Assembly (NCBI GenBank): GCA_046570105.1
Contig: JBKHVI010000027.1
Coordinates: 1-35,709 of the forward strand
Reading direction: 5' to 3'
Length of the DNA stretch: 35,709 nt
From: Bacteriovoracia bacterium
GTDB lineage: Bacteria; Bdellovibrionota; Bacteriovoracia; Bacteriovoracales; Bacteriovoracaceae
Below are positions 8,919 to 17,915 of this stretch, in pieces (positions within the stretch are counted from its first letter, which is position 1; each line of letters starts with the position of its first letter). The notes beneath the pieces are model-generated. The model had not been told where the DNA came from, searched no databases, and was given only the letters and a program-made list of their open reading frames with translations. A program made the translations under genes and the position numbers.

Positions 8919-10784
8919 CTAAACTGTTGGATCAGTGTTGATGGCATCTGCAATACGTTCAGCGAGAGCTGATACGGTGATGAGTGGAGTTGCACCCAGT
9001 GAGCGTGGGATAATAGCAGCGTCAACTACATAAAAGTTTTTATGAAGTGAGCCGTCTTGATTAAACACGCGGCCTAAGTGATCCACCACACCGCTTTGAG
9101 CGTCTTCACCCATCGGACAGCCACCCAGTGGGTGAGTGGCCATCATACGATGACCAAATACTGTCATTCGTGGGTTGGCGATATAAACTCCACCTTGCGC
9201 TTTAGCCCACTTTTCCATTTCACGATTAATGTATTGGAAACCTTCTTCATTCACGACGTTCGGCCAGTTAACATGCACTCGATCTTGGTAATCATCGAGA
9301 ACGTAGCGTCCCTTGGCAGTATCATGGCCGCAAGCAAAGAAAATGAGTGAGCTGTTGAGGGCCCCATCTAGATCCGGCTCATGAGTGTCAAACAAATCAC
9401 GGCGGGCCTTACGTTTTTGTTCATCGGTAAATTTACTTGGATTAGCGAGCGCCCAAGCAGCTAGTCCTTTGGCCACTAATCCACCCATGGCTTTAGGGAC
9501 AGTTCCATCAAGCATGAGGTAGCGCTGGAGCATGTTGGTTTTAGCAGGGTCGCTATAAGGCTTGCGATAATCACCATAGACTGCCAAAGCTTGTCCGCAT
9601 GGGTTCTCGCGCATATCAAGACCAAAGCCCACCATATCTGTTTGTCCATCACCATTGTAACTGAGTCCCATTACATCGCCGTTGGCCGAAAAGCGTGAGC
9701 CGAGAGCTTTTGGAAGACGCAGACCTTTCATCTGAGAACGCATCATAATTTGTGTTGTACCCATTGAGCCTGCCGCCATGATCAAAAGATCTGTCGTGAT
9801 CACACCACGCTTAGGTCGTGTCAAAAGAGCGCTATGCCATTGGTAGTGCACAATATATTTATCATCGCGGTTCTTTTCGACATGCAGAACTTCAATCGAA
9901 GTATACATCTCGGCGCCATATGATTTGGCGAGTGGGAGATAGTTTACCGTTAGAACGTTCTTAGCTCCCACATTACAACCCGTGCAGCAGTCACCGCAGA
10001 GAGTACAGGCATTTTGAGGAATACCTTGAGCGTTGGATCGGCCATTTTGAAACTCTTGGTTGATGTTGAGAACAAACTCGCCATAAGGGAGACCGAGCTT
10101 TGTGGCGATTTCTTTATGTTTAAGCGCTTTAGGAGTTGAAGCAGTTCGCGAATTTCGGTTTGATCGCAAGAGGCCTTGGGCCTTATCCATATATTTACTG
10201 ATTGTGCCCTGAGCGTAAGCATCGCGAATTTCTTTGGGCCAATCTTTCTGTTGGAAAACCAAATCTTCAGGTCGAGAAGCGATAGCTGCATTGATGAGTG
10301 AAGTTCCGCCAAGGCCAGAAGCACAGATAATATCCACATCACTTTTTTTATGAAGATTAGTATCCATAAGACCCCATGGATTTATGGCATTACGAGTAGC
10401 CTTCGCAATTTGTGCACCACTTTGAGGAAACATACCTGGATGCCATTCTTTACCGCGCTCTAAAATACAAACTTTTTTTCCAGTCGCGGCCAAACGTGCG
10501 GCCATGACCGAGCCACCATAACCAGATCCAATAATGAGTACAGGATAATGGGCCTGAAGTTGATCATGCGGATTGGCAAGATTGCGCGGATCACGACGGC
10601 GTTCATTGGCCGGGTCACGCCCTAGATAAGCTTCAGCAGGGTTGGGGTCTTGCTGAGTGAGAGTTTCAGTTTTATCACTATCTAAACTTTGGGCCACCCC
10701 AAATAGTCCTGCACCCACCATGGCACCTGCGCCACTCGTGATAAAGTCTCTGCGATTTAGATTCTTTTTCTTCTCATCACTCAT
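8919..10784 (-). CDS. Tat-exported GMC-family FAD oxidoreductase (cholesterol oxidase-like)
   Basis: NRRDFI twin-arginine signal; IIGSGYGG FAD motif; GLGGTSLINA; CTLCGDCCTGC; HPLGGC. Confidence 0.87.
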   Translation of the reverse strand: MSDEKKKNLNRRDFITSGAGAMVGAGLFGVAQSLDSDKTETLTQQDPNPAEAYLGRDPANERRRDPRNLANPHDQLQAHYPVLIIGSGYGGSVMAARLAATGKKVCILERGKEWHPGMFPQSGAQIAKATRNAINPWGLMDTNLHKKSDVDIICASGLGGTSLINAAIASRPEDLVFQQKDWPKEIRDAYAQGTISKYMDKAQGLLRSNRNSRTASTPKALKHKEIATKLGLPYGEFVLNINQEFQNGRSNAQGIPQNACTLCGDCCTGCNVGAKNVLTVNYLPLAKSYGAEMYTSIEVLHVEKNRDDKYIVHYQWHSALLTRPKRGVITTDLLIMAAGSMGTTQIMMRSQMKGLRLPKALGSRFSANGDVMGLSYNGDGQTDMVGFGLDMRENPCGQALAVYGDYRKPYSDPAKTNMLQRYLMLDGTVPKAMGGLVAKGLAAWALANPSKFTDEQKRKARRDLFDTHEPDLDGALNSSLIFFACGHDTAKGRYVLDDYQDRVHVNWPNVVNEEGFQYINREMEKWAKAQGGVYIANPRMTVFGHRMMATHPLGGCPMGEDAQSGVVDHLGRVFNQDGSLHKNFYVVDAAIIPRSLGATPLITVSALAERIADAINTDPTV

Positions 10785-10943
10785 GGGGCCTCGTTTAGAA
10801 ATAGTTCACACAATTACTCTTGCTTAAGCGTAATTGAATACGAATCACTATAGGATATTAAGTGGAGAGAATTAGTGTCAACGAGAGCAAAAATTGACGA
10901 TAAATCAGAGGCGAGTAAAGCGTTTTGGGCAAGTATTGTGGGC

Positions 10944-11312
10944 TTAGAGTCGGATATTACAAAGCTCTTTTAGAATACGCTCGGGCCTGGCCCCCGTCAT
11001 GAGCACTTCGAAATTTTCGTCTTCCACAATCGGACGCTCCAACACGTGATAGTGTTTGCGTAACCAATTCATACGTTCGGCCGGTTCAAGACGCATAAAC
11101 ATGCGTTCGGATTTTTTCCATAAGGTACTGCGGCCGTTGACTGGATAATCTTGCTGAAGGTATTCCGCCCAACGCATCAGACGATCGTCTTCTGGTTGAT
11201 CATCGCGGTAATCATGAAAAGTGAAAGGGACTTCAAAATCAGAAAAGACCTGGATAAGTTTATCCATTTGGTCTTCGTGTTTAAGTGCCCAGATATGAAG
11301 ATGTTCGGCCAT
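10944..11312 (-). CDS. ArsC/Spx/YffB-family protein lacking the N-terminal catalytic Cys
   Basis: FTFHDYR, VNGRSTLWKK, LERPIV match the family pattern; start overlaps the menB stop (TAATG). Confidence 0.65.
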   Translation of the reverse strand: MAEHLHIWALKHEDQMDKLIQVFSDFEVPFTFHDYRDDQPEDDRLMRWAEYLQQDYPVNGRSTLWKKSERMFMRLEPAERMNWLRKHYHVLERPIVEDENFEVLMTGARPERILKELCNIRL

Positions 11313-12199
11313 TAGTACAACCAGGGATATTGATCAAAAGCAGGATCACGTTTTTCTAAGAAGGCAGTGCGACCTTCGGCTGCTTCTTCTGTACCATACG
11401 CCAAACGAGTCGCTTCACCAGCAAAAATTTGCTGACCGACCAGACCATCATCAATCAAATTGAAACCAAATTTGAGCATTTTGATAGCGGTAGGAGATTT
11501 GCCACAGATAGTGGTGGCCCATTCAAGAGCAACACCCTCTAGCTCTGCGTGTGGAACAACTTTATTCACCATTCCCATCTCAAAAGCTTCTTGCGCGGAA
11601 TAGTTATGGCCCAAGAAGAAAATTTCGCGCGCTCGTTTTTGACCGACTTGGCGAGCGAGATAAGCGGAGCCGTAACCTGAATCAAACGAAGCGACATCAG
11701 GATCAGTTTGCTTAAAGATCGCATGCTCTTTTGAAGCCAGAGTCATGTCACAGACAACATGCAGAGAATGACCACCACCTACTGCCCAACCTGGAACAAC
11801 GGCGATGACGACTTTAGGCATGAAACGGATCATGCGCTGAACTTCAAGAATGTGGAGACGGCCATGGCCGGCGCGTGCGTATTTCGAAGTCGAGTATTCA
11901 TAACCTTGCTTGCCGCGTACACGTTGATCACCGCCGGAGCAAAATGCCCAACCACCATCTTTTGCAGAGGGGCCGTTACCGGTGAGGAGAATGACACCCA
12001 CATCATTTTGTTGGTGTGACCATTCAAGGGCAGTCAGGAGTTCATCGACTGTTTGTGGGCGAAAAGCATTACGAACTTCTGGTCGATTGAAGGCAATCCG
12101 AACAGCGCCGGTGTTTTTTGCTTTATGAAAGGTGATGTCTTCGAATTCAAATTCTTTGATCTCGTGCCATTGAGAGGCATCAAAAATAGGTGAAATCAT
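11312..12199 (-). CDS. menB: 1,4-dihydroxy-2-naphthoyl-CoA synthase
   Basis: FNRPEVRNAF, FCSGGDQ, GWAVGGGHSLHVVCD, SFDSGYG, RQVGQKRAREI; start at 12199 has a GGAG SD. Confidence 0.96.
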   Translation of the reverse strand: MISPIFDASQWHEIKEFEFEDITFHKAKNTGAVRIAFNRPEVRNAFRPQTVDELLTALEWSHQQNDVGVILLTGNGPSAKDGGWAFCSGGDQRVRGKQGYEYSTSKYARAGHGRLHILEVQRMIRFMPKVVIAVVPGWAVGGGHSLHVVCDMTLASKEHAIFKQTDPDVASFDSGYGSAYLARQVGQKRAREIFFLGHNYSAQEAFEMGMVNKVVPHAELEGVALEWATTICGKSPTAIKMLKFGFNLIDDGLVGQQIFAGEATRLAYGTEEAAEGRTAFLEKRDPAFDQYPWLY

Positions 12200-12247
12200 T
12201 ATGGGTCTCCTGAATGGGCCCATTTAAACGCGAAAAGTACCAAGCGT

Positions 12248-13015
12248 CTAGTTCGAGCTTGGATTCAGGTAGGGATGCTGAAGGTATTTCTCAGTCTTAT
12301 CTCGTAACGGTTTGAGAAACCATTCTCCCTTCTTATACGGAGCGTTCCAGGTTTCCCAGGCCCAAGGAGGTTTGGCACGTCCCAGACCGAAAATGATCCA
12401 TTCCTGGCCATCGAACTGGGCGGGGTAGTGCTGACCCTCAAATTCAAAACGCCCCTGGAAAAGACCCTCATGGCGACGCTGCCAGATCTCATCTAAAGGG
12501 GTGAGTTGATAGTCTGTGGGAGCGTAAGTCTTTTGGTTAGCCTGAGGCGTTTTACTCAAGTGGGCATGGACACCGTGACCTCCAGCTTCAACGACAACCG
12601 TGGTGTTCATTGGATTTTCGTGAACAGTGAGAAAGTTATGCGCCAAGGTTTCCAGACGTATCAGCTTGTCAGGTTTTTGGATGGTCAGTCGGAAACCTTC
12701 AAAATCGTTTTCATGACAATGCACCCAGAAACAAGTGTCGGCGTAATCTCTGGGATAAAAAAGATGATAAGTCAGAAAATAGAATTGCTCACTTTCAATG
12801 ACACTGTAATAGGCGACGCGAGGTCGAGGAAACTTGTCTAGGTTGTCCCAATTATTATTGGGATTCCAATCTTGATCGTAGTTAAAAAGAGTAAATTCAT
12901 CGGCATCCGGATGGTTGCCTAATTCTTGAATGATGGTTGGGGCGAAACGTTGGGCCAATGGCCCGAAATCTTCGCCCCAAGCACTGAGACATAAAAATAA
13001 GAAAATTAATTGCAA
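12248..13015 (-). CDS. Secreted hypothetical protein with an NPP1/Vps62-like HENDFE motif
   Basis: Signal peptide; LAQRFAP, Y..FYPRD, HENDFEG, GGHG resemble the H-x-x-D-W-E motif region of NPP1/Vps62-like proteins (recall only). Confidence 0.55.
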   Translation of the reverse strand: MQLIFLFLCLSAWGEDFGPLAQRFAPTIIQELGNHPDADEFTLFNYDQDWNPNNNWDNLDKFPRPRVAYYSVIESEQFYFLTYHLFYPRDYADTCFWVHCHENDFEGFRLTIQKPDKLIRLETLAHNFLTVHENPMNTTVVVEAGGHGVHAHLSKTPQANQKTYAPTDYQLTPLDEIWQRRHEGLFQGRFEFEGQHYPAQFDGQEWIIFGLGRAKPPWAWETWNAPYKKGEWFLKPLRDKTEKYLQHPYLNPSSN

Positions 13016-13359
13016 CCCATCATACCTGTATGGAGGTTATGAACGATTTTACCCTCGCAAATGAGGTCATGAACACAGCTAAATAGATCGATATCAGCAG
13101 AACACTGAGTATCAACACCCTTGAGCATGCTGTTGAAGTGCCAAATCATGGCCTGTTCTTGGTAATCAGCAGTGGTGCCCAAAACGACCGCCTGCTCGTA
13201 ATGTCTGACGAAATCGGCGGCCAAGAGCGCCACATGCTCAATCTTGTCAGAATCGGCCGTGCGATTTGCAAGTACACTTTGCACATGAGCATCGAAGTCT
13301 GCGCCTGTCATTGATTTAGCTGCCAAAGTTAAAAATGTTACGAAGGCCGGGTTCATCAT
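13006..13359 (-). CDS. Hypothetical protein, middle gene of the Fic operon
   Basis: AGGAG SD; 9 nt after the fic stop and overlapping the next start by 10 nt. Confidence 0.65.
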   Translation of the reverse strand: MMNPAFVTFLTLAAKSMTGADFDAHVQSVLANRTADSDKIEHVALLAADFVRHYEQAVVLGTTADYQEQAMIWHFNSMLKGVDTQCSADIDLFSCVHDLICEGKIVHNLHTGMMGCN

Positions 13360-13368
13360 AAAAAGCTC

Positions 13369-13806
13369 CTAAGAGGAAAGTTGGACAGAGAAGAACTCTG
13401 TTAAATTTTTAAGATCTTGCTCTGTTTGCCCAGTAATCAGAATGGCGTCCAGGGCATTTTCATCAATTGTAAGAAATCCTTTCTCGGCCAGCTTAGATTT
13501 CACAAATGCTTTCCCGACCCGGCCATTCCCATCACTAAATGGATGAATGGCTATAAGGCCAAACCACAAATAGGCGATGGCCGGAGCGATTTCGACCTTG
13601 GTTTGAGAGTTTTGCCAAAGAGCGATGAATTTCTCCAATAACAGCATTAGGCTGCCCTCAATAGCGGCATGGGGAGCGAAGCGGATTTTCTGGCCAGTTT
13701 TGGCGACACAGAAGACATCATGGGTGCGAAATAACCCAGCATCTGGGGTGTTACCCATGATTTGCCGATGGAGGCGCATAAGCTGATGGAGTTCACGTTG
13801 CAACAT
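13369..13806 (-). CDS. Minimal Fic-domain protein
   Basis: LHRQIM..AGLFRT (flap) and IHPFSDGNGRVGK Fic motif. Confidence 0.9.
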   Translation of the reverse strand: MLQRELHQLMRLHRQIMGNTPDAGLFRTHDVFCVAKTGQKIRFAPHAAIEGSLMLLLEKFIALWQNSQTKVEIAPAIAYLWFGLIAIHPFSDGNGRVGKAFVKSKLAEKGFLTIDENALDAILITGQTEQDLKNLTEFFSVQLSS

Positions 13807-13867
13807 AGGCCTTATATAGCCTACAGAGGGAAAAAAGGCAGCTCAACAGCTCAAAAGAGGTCAATCT

Positions 13868-15172
13868 TTACAGGATTTTAACCAGGGGAAAGCTGACGGT
13901 CATGGTGGTGCCGGTATTTTTAATAGAGTTACAAGTGAGGTTGCCACCATGTTCTCGCATCACACTTCGAGACAGAGGAAGGCCAATGCCGGTTCCCTCA
14001 GTTTTAGTGGTATAGAATGGGGTGAATATCTTCTGGATCGAGTTTGAGTCGATGCCAATTCCGTTGTCGATTACTTGAAGTGTTAAAAGACCTTGGTCTG
14101 TGTAGGAAGCTTGAATGCGAATTTCGCCAGCGCTGCCTTTCATTTTGATGGCATCCCGGGCGTTGGTGAGCAAGTTCAGAAAGACTTGCTCCAGTGCGGT
14201 TTGATTGGCCTCAACTTCGATCTGTAAATCGAAGTCAATCGCGATGGAAACCTGATCGATTTTAAATGTTTCAATTTGTTCATTCACAACCCGATGAATA
14301 AGTTTGTCTAGGCGAATTAGACTCATTTTAAGTGGAAGTTTTTTATTACAGGCCCGAACATTTTCGATGATATCGACTAGTCGTAAAAGTTGTTTGCGCT
14401 GTGATTGAACGAACTTGAGTACGCTATCTTGTGCAAGTTCGCCTTGATTAAGTTGAACTTCAATAAGATCGGTGTGCATGACGGCGATACTAAGTGGATT
14501 AAGTAATTCATGCGCCATCTCTGAGCTGACTTTACCAATGCTAGCCATTTTCTGTGACGCTCGGATGACATCGGCCGAATGATTGATCATTTGATCACGT
14601 TGTGAGAGACGAATCTCATTAATGGAAGAGACTTTCACTGATGGGTCTATCAGCTCGCCATGGCAAAAGCAGAGAGAATCAAATGCCTTCAGATCTTCTG
14701 GTCGATTAAACAGGCCTAAATTATAACCACAGCGCAATTGAAAATCGAATTGTTCGCGCAGTTTATGCCACACCACCTCTAGTTGATGAGCGAGATGCCA
14801 TTGATCGCGTTCCACCAAGGTGTTTACGATTTCACCATAAACTCTCACCGCCTTATTCCTACTTAACATATTGCTAAGGATAGGTGGGATTAAGGCCTGG
14901 AAGGCCGCTTCATTGAGTGTGTCATTTTCGACTAATTGAAGAATCGCAACATTGACGTCGATATAAATAAGTTCGCCATTCATAAGCCAGTCTTCGACGG
15001 GGATATTTCTGCGGCGCAGTTCACGAGTGATCATTTCCCAGTTACTACTTTCTGCTGCCACGAGCAGGGATTGACCGCGCTCGGCTCCCTCAACGAGGTA
15101 GTCGCAGGTTTGCAGTAGGTAAGATTCAGTTGAATCGTAGAAACTTGCCTGATGATCTTGAAAGGCTTGCAA
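13868..15172 (-). CDS. Soluble histidine kinase with an N-terminal MEDS sensory domain
   Basis: H.ASFY, VRVYGEIV..L, LE..W..L, L.CGY, H (MEDS); MAHELLNPL, NLLTNARDA, DNGIGI, GTGIGL. Start placed at TTG 15172 behind an AAGGGGA SD. Confidence 0.85.
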   Translation of the reverse strand: MQAFQDHQASFYDSTESYLLQTCDYLVEGAERGQSLLVAAESSNWEMITRELRRRNIPVEDWLMNGELIYIDVNVAILQLVENDTLNEAAFQALIPPILSNMLSRNKAVRVYGEIVNTLVERDQWHLAHQLEVVWHKLREQFDFQLRCGYNLGLFNRPEDLKAFDSLCFCHGELIDPSVKVSSINEIRLSQRDQMINHSADVIRASQKMASIGKVSSEMAHELLNPLSIAVMHTDLIEVQLNQGELAQDSVLKFVQSQRKQLLRLVDIIENVRACNKKLPLKMSLIRLDKLIHRVVNEQIETFKIDQVSIAIDFDLQIEVEANQTALEQVFLNLLTNARDAIKMKGSAGEIRIQASYTDQGLLTLQVIDNGIGIDSNSIQKIFTPFYTTKTEGTGIGLPLSRSVMREHGGNLTCNSIKNTGTTMTVSFPLVKIL

Positions 15173-15311
15173 TATTGATCCCCTTCGTAAAAAACAATTG
15201 TAGAGGTAATTGAGAATAAATGTGCTGATTTTGATCACAATTTAGGTGGAGGACTCCTCAGAATGAGGTTAATCTCTTAAGCTTATGAGTTTATTAGTGG
15301 AGGTTTCTGTT

Positions 15312-15881
15312 ATGAAAAGCCTAGTTTGTTTTTTTAGTCTGATATTTTTCAGCGTAACTGCCTTTGCCGGGCCAGTTGTTGAGATGAAAACATCTCATGG
15401 AACAATTGAAATTGAGCTCAACGAAGAGAAAGCTCCAGCGACTGTGAAAAACTTTTTACAGTATGTGAGTGATAAATTTTACGACGGACTTATTTTTCAC
15501 CGAGTGATCAATGGATTTATGATCCAAGGTGGAGGCATGACTCCTGACATGAAAGAAAAGCCTAATCGTGCGCCCATTCAAAATGAAGCGGCCAATGGTT
15601 TGCTCAATGATATTGGAACGATTGCAATGGCAAGAACTTCTGATCCACACTCGGCTACTTCACAGTTTTTCATCAATGTCGAAAACAACACCAATCTTAA
15701 TCATACGGCGCCTAATCAACAAGGGTGGGGCTATGCTGTCTTTGGAAAAGTAGTAGGTGGTATGCACGTGGTGAATCGCATCAAGATGGTTAAGACGGGC
15801 AACCGTGCCGGCCATGCCAATGTACCCATGGATAATGTTATTATCCAAACTGTTCGTCTTAAAACTGCGAAGAAGAAATGA
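15312..15881 (+). CDS. ppiA: Exported cyclophilin-type peptidyl-prolyl cis-trans isomerase (PpiA-like)
   Basis: FHRVINGFMIQGGG, GTIAMART, SATSQFFIN, GYAVFGKV; signal peptide; GGAGG SD before ATG 15312. Confidence 0.9.
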   Translation: MKSLVCFFSLIFFSVTAFAGPVVEMKTSHGTIEIELNEEKAPATVKNFLQYVSDKFYDGLIFHRVINGFMIQGGGMTPDMKEKPNRAPIQNEAANGLLNDIGTIAMARTSDPHSATSQFFINVENNTNLNHTAPNQQGWGYAVFGKVVGGMHVVNRIKMVKTGNRAGHANVPMDNVIIQTVRLKTAKKK

Positions 15882-16096
15882 AAGAACAACAAGAACTCAC
15901 AGAATTCTCACCCAAGAAATTACGTACGCTGAGAAATAATCTTAATAACCGGATCGAGTCTTTTAAAACTCATGGAAAAAGTACTGCCGAGTTGCAGAAG
16001 AGTCATATGTTGGCCGGTAAGTCTGAGTTAGAATGTGTCGCTTTATTGAAGGCAGTCTTGGCAGAAATGAAACGTCGCTCTCGCGAAGTAGAATAA
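15878..16096 (+). CDS. Small basic hypothetical protein
   Basis: ATGA overlap with ppiA; followed at once by a terminator. Confidence 0.7.
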   Translation: MKEQQELTEFSPKKLRTLRNNLNNRIESFKTHGKSTAELQKSHMLAGKSELECVALLKAVLAEMKRRSREVE

Positions 16097-16121
16097 AAAA
16101 GGCCCGCTAAGCGGGCCTTTT
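16095..16121. terminator. Bidirectional intrinsic terminator
   Basis: AAAAAAGGCCCGC-TAA-GCGGGCCTTTT between convergent genes. Confidence 0.9.
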
Positions 16122-16124
16122 AAT

Positions 16125-16784
16125 TTATGATCTTGGGTCAGGTTCACCGTTACAATCGAGCACCGTTTTTGTACGACGATTGCGGCGATATTCTTCACAG
16201 CTCCATTCATCGTAGCTGCCTGTTCCGCGAATACAGTCTTCAGCTTCCCAGGTAAATTCAATACGATGAGGATTAATCAATTTACCTTCAACTCCTAGAG
16301 AGTCAGAGAGTGAGCGGAGAGCGGCTTTCTCATCTCCAATGAAACAAATAAGTTCATTGTCGATATAGCCCAAGCTCACATCGCGCTGGATGTGGCCTTC
16401 TGAAACAACTGGATTCAAAGTATAGAATTGGCCCCATGGCTTAAACTTAAGAACGAAAGGAAGTTCGAGTTCGGCCTTACAGTTAACTGCACCAGTATGG
16501 AAAGCGCTCTCAAAGCTTCCGTTCCACACGTCACCAGCAATTAAAAAATTAGGCTGACCATTAACTGCGCCACCCAAAGTAGCGCCAGCGTTAACTCTTA
16601 ACTCAACAACAGTTTGGCCAAAATCAACGCGGTTGGTGAAAGCAGGAGAAAGAAGGAGTTTCTTTGTCCAAGGTTCGCGCCATGCACCGAGTTTTGGTGT
16701 TGCTGTGACTTCACAATTATAAATAGGAAGAGCAAAAGCTGATGCAGAAACAACAAGTCCGACGAGGACCAAGATCATACGCAT
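16125..16784 (-). CDS. Secreted hypothetical protein with six Cys
   Basis: AAGGAG SD before ATG 16784; signal peptide MRMILVLVGLVVSASAFA. Confidence 0.75.
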   Translation of the reverse strand: MRMILVLVGLVVSASAFALPIYNCEVTATPKLGAWREPWTKKLLLSPAFTNRVDFGQTVVELRVNAGATLGGAVNGQPNFLIAGDVWNGSFESAFHTGAVNCKAELELPFVLKFKPWGQFYTLNPVVSEGHIQRDVSLGYIDNELICFIGDEKAALRSLSDSLGVEGKLINPHRIEFTWEAEDCIRGTGSYDEWSCEEYRRNRRTKTVLDCNGEPDPRS

Positions 16785-16880
16785 GAGTAACTCCTTGATG
16801 TATGGTGGGGAGATACCTTGTGAGGCCATTCATTGAAAAGGGCCAAGATTCAACGAAATGTTAAGTCTTGAATAAGACAT

Positions 16881-17504
16881 CTAGTGACGGAATAAAAGAT
16901 CTTGGAACGGCGTGTTATTGTCGTCGTAAAAGTGCTTACTCTCAAGAATTCTGGTTGAGATAAAGGTGAAGTGAGGTTTCAGTAGACGCTGATACTGGGC
17001 GCGAGAACGAGGCCGTGACCATGGATCTTCAAACGCCAGTTCCGACTTTTGCCGCTGGTACTCAATATCTGTCGGAACCGTTAGATAAAGGTAGCGCACT
17101 CGTTTGGCCAGAATCGGCAGAACGAGTTTCAATTCTTGATCACTCAAATACTGCAAAACAGAATTACAAATACCTAAATCATAGATCCAAGGTTTGCGCG
17201 TTTCATTTTGCGCCCAGGTCACTAGATCTTCTTGAAAGAGCTTGGCACCTTTCATGCGAACTTTGTTAAATGCCGGAGGCGAGGGTTCAATGCCTTCGAT
17301 GCGACGAGGCTTAAACACGCGCACCATCTCTTTTAAGAGATAACCATAACCGAAACCAAAATCGATAAGGGATTCAACTTCAAAGCCTTCTAGATTAAAA
17401 AAGGCGGCCAAATAGCGCGAGTGGTCTTTGACATTACCAATGCCATCAATCGTTTTTAGATCGGAATATTGTTGATCCCAATAGTGCTGGTCAAATGGCT
17501 TCAT
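16881..17504 (-). CDS. Class I SAM-dependent methyltransferase
   Basis: LIDFGFGYG (motif I), GIEPS, YDLGICNSVLQYL. Confidence 0.85.
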   Translation of the reverse strand: MKPFDQHYWDQQYSDLKTIDGIGNVKDHSRYLAAFFNLEGFEVESLIDFGFGYGYLLKEMVRVFKPRRIEGIEPSPPAFNKVRMKGAKLFQEDLVTWAQNETRKPWIYDLGICNSVLQYLSDQELKLVLPILAKRVRYLYLTVPTDIEYQRQKSELAFEDPWSRPRSRAQYQRLLKPHFTFISTRILESKHFYDDNNTPFQDLLFRH

Positions 17505-17537
17505 AGAGTGAAATCTATAAGAACATGGGAGGCCTCT

Positions 17538-17915
17538 ATGGTCAACGGCACACTAGAAAAACCTTTTAAAGTTAATTTCTCAGACAGCAGACACGTCTTT
17601 TGTGCGGATCTACTTCCAGCACTTGGCGGAGAAGATAAGGGGCCTAATCCCCATGAACTTTTAGAAGCCGCTCTGGTGGGTTGCACACTGCAAACGATGC
17701 AGATGTATGGGGCCCGCAAAGGCTGGGATCTTGGAGTAACAAAAGTCGGTGTTAAAGTTCTAGAAGAAGGTGCAAGCGTGCGCATCGGTCGTGTTTTGCA
17801 TTTTGATCCGCATCTCACTGAAGAACAAAAAACCAAACTTACAGAAATCGCCAACAAATGTCCGATTCATAAACTGCTTCATGCTCCTACCACTATCGAA
17901 ACGGAGCGCGCATGA
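17538..17915 (+). CDS. OsmC/Ohr-family protein
   Basis: GGEDKGPNPHELL.AAL.GCT...YG.RKG and ANKCPIH; GGGAGG SD. Confidence 0.9.
   Translation: MVNGTLEKPFKVNFSDSRHVFCADLLPALGGEDKGPNPHELLEAALVGCTLQTMQMYGARKGWDLGVTKVGVKVLEEGASVRIGRVLHFDPHLTEEQKTKLTEIANKCPIHKLLHAPTTIETERA

Noticed and set aside
13640..13690. HAAIEG in the Fic protein as an inhibitory (S/T)xxxE(G/N) motif
   Set aside because: It lacks the leading S/T and lies just after the flap rather than in an N- or C-terminal inhibitory helix.
1..13806. Functional link between the two AMPylase-family genes (selO and fic)
   Set aside because: They are over 12 kb apart in unrelated transcription units; nothing in the sequence connects them.
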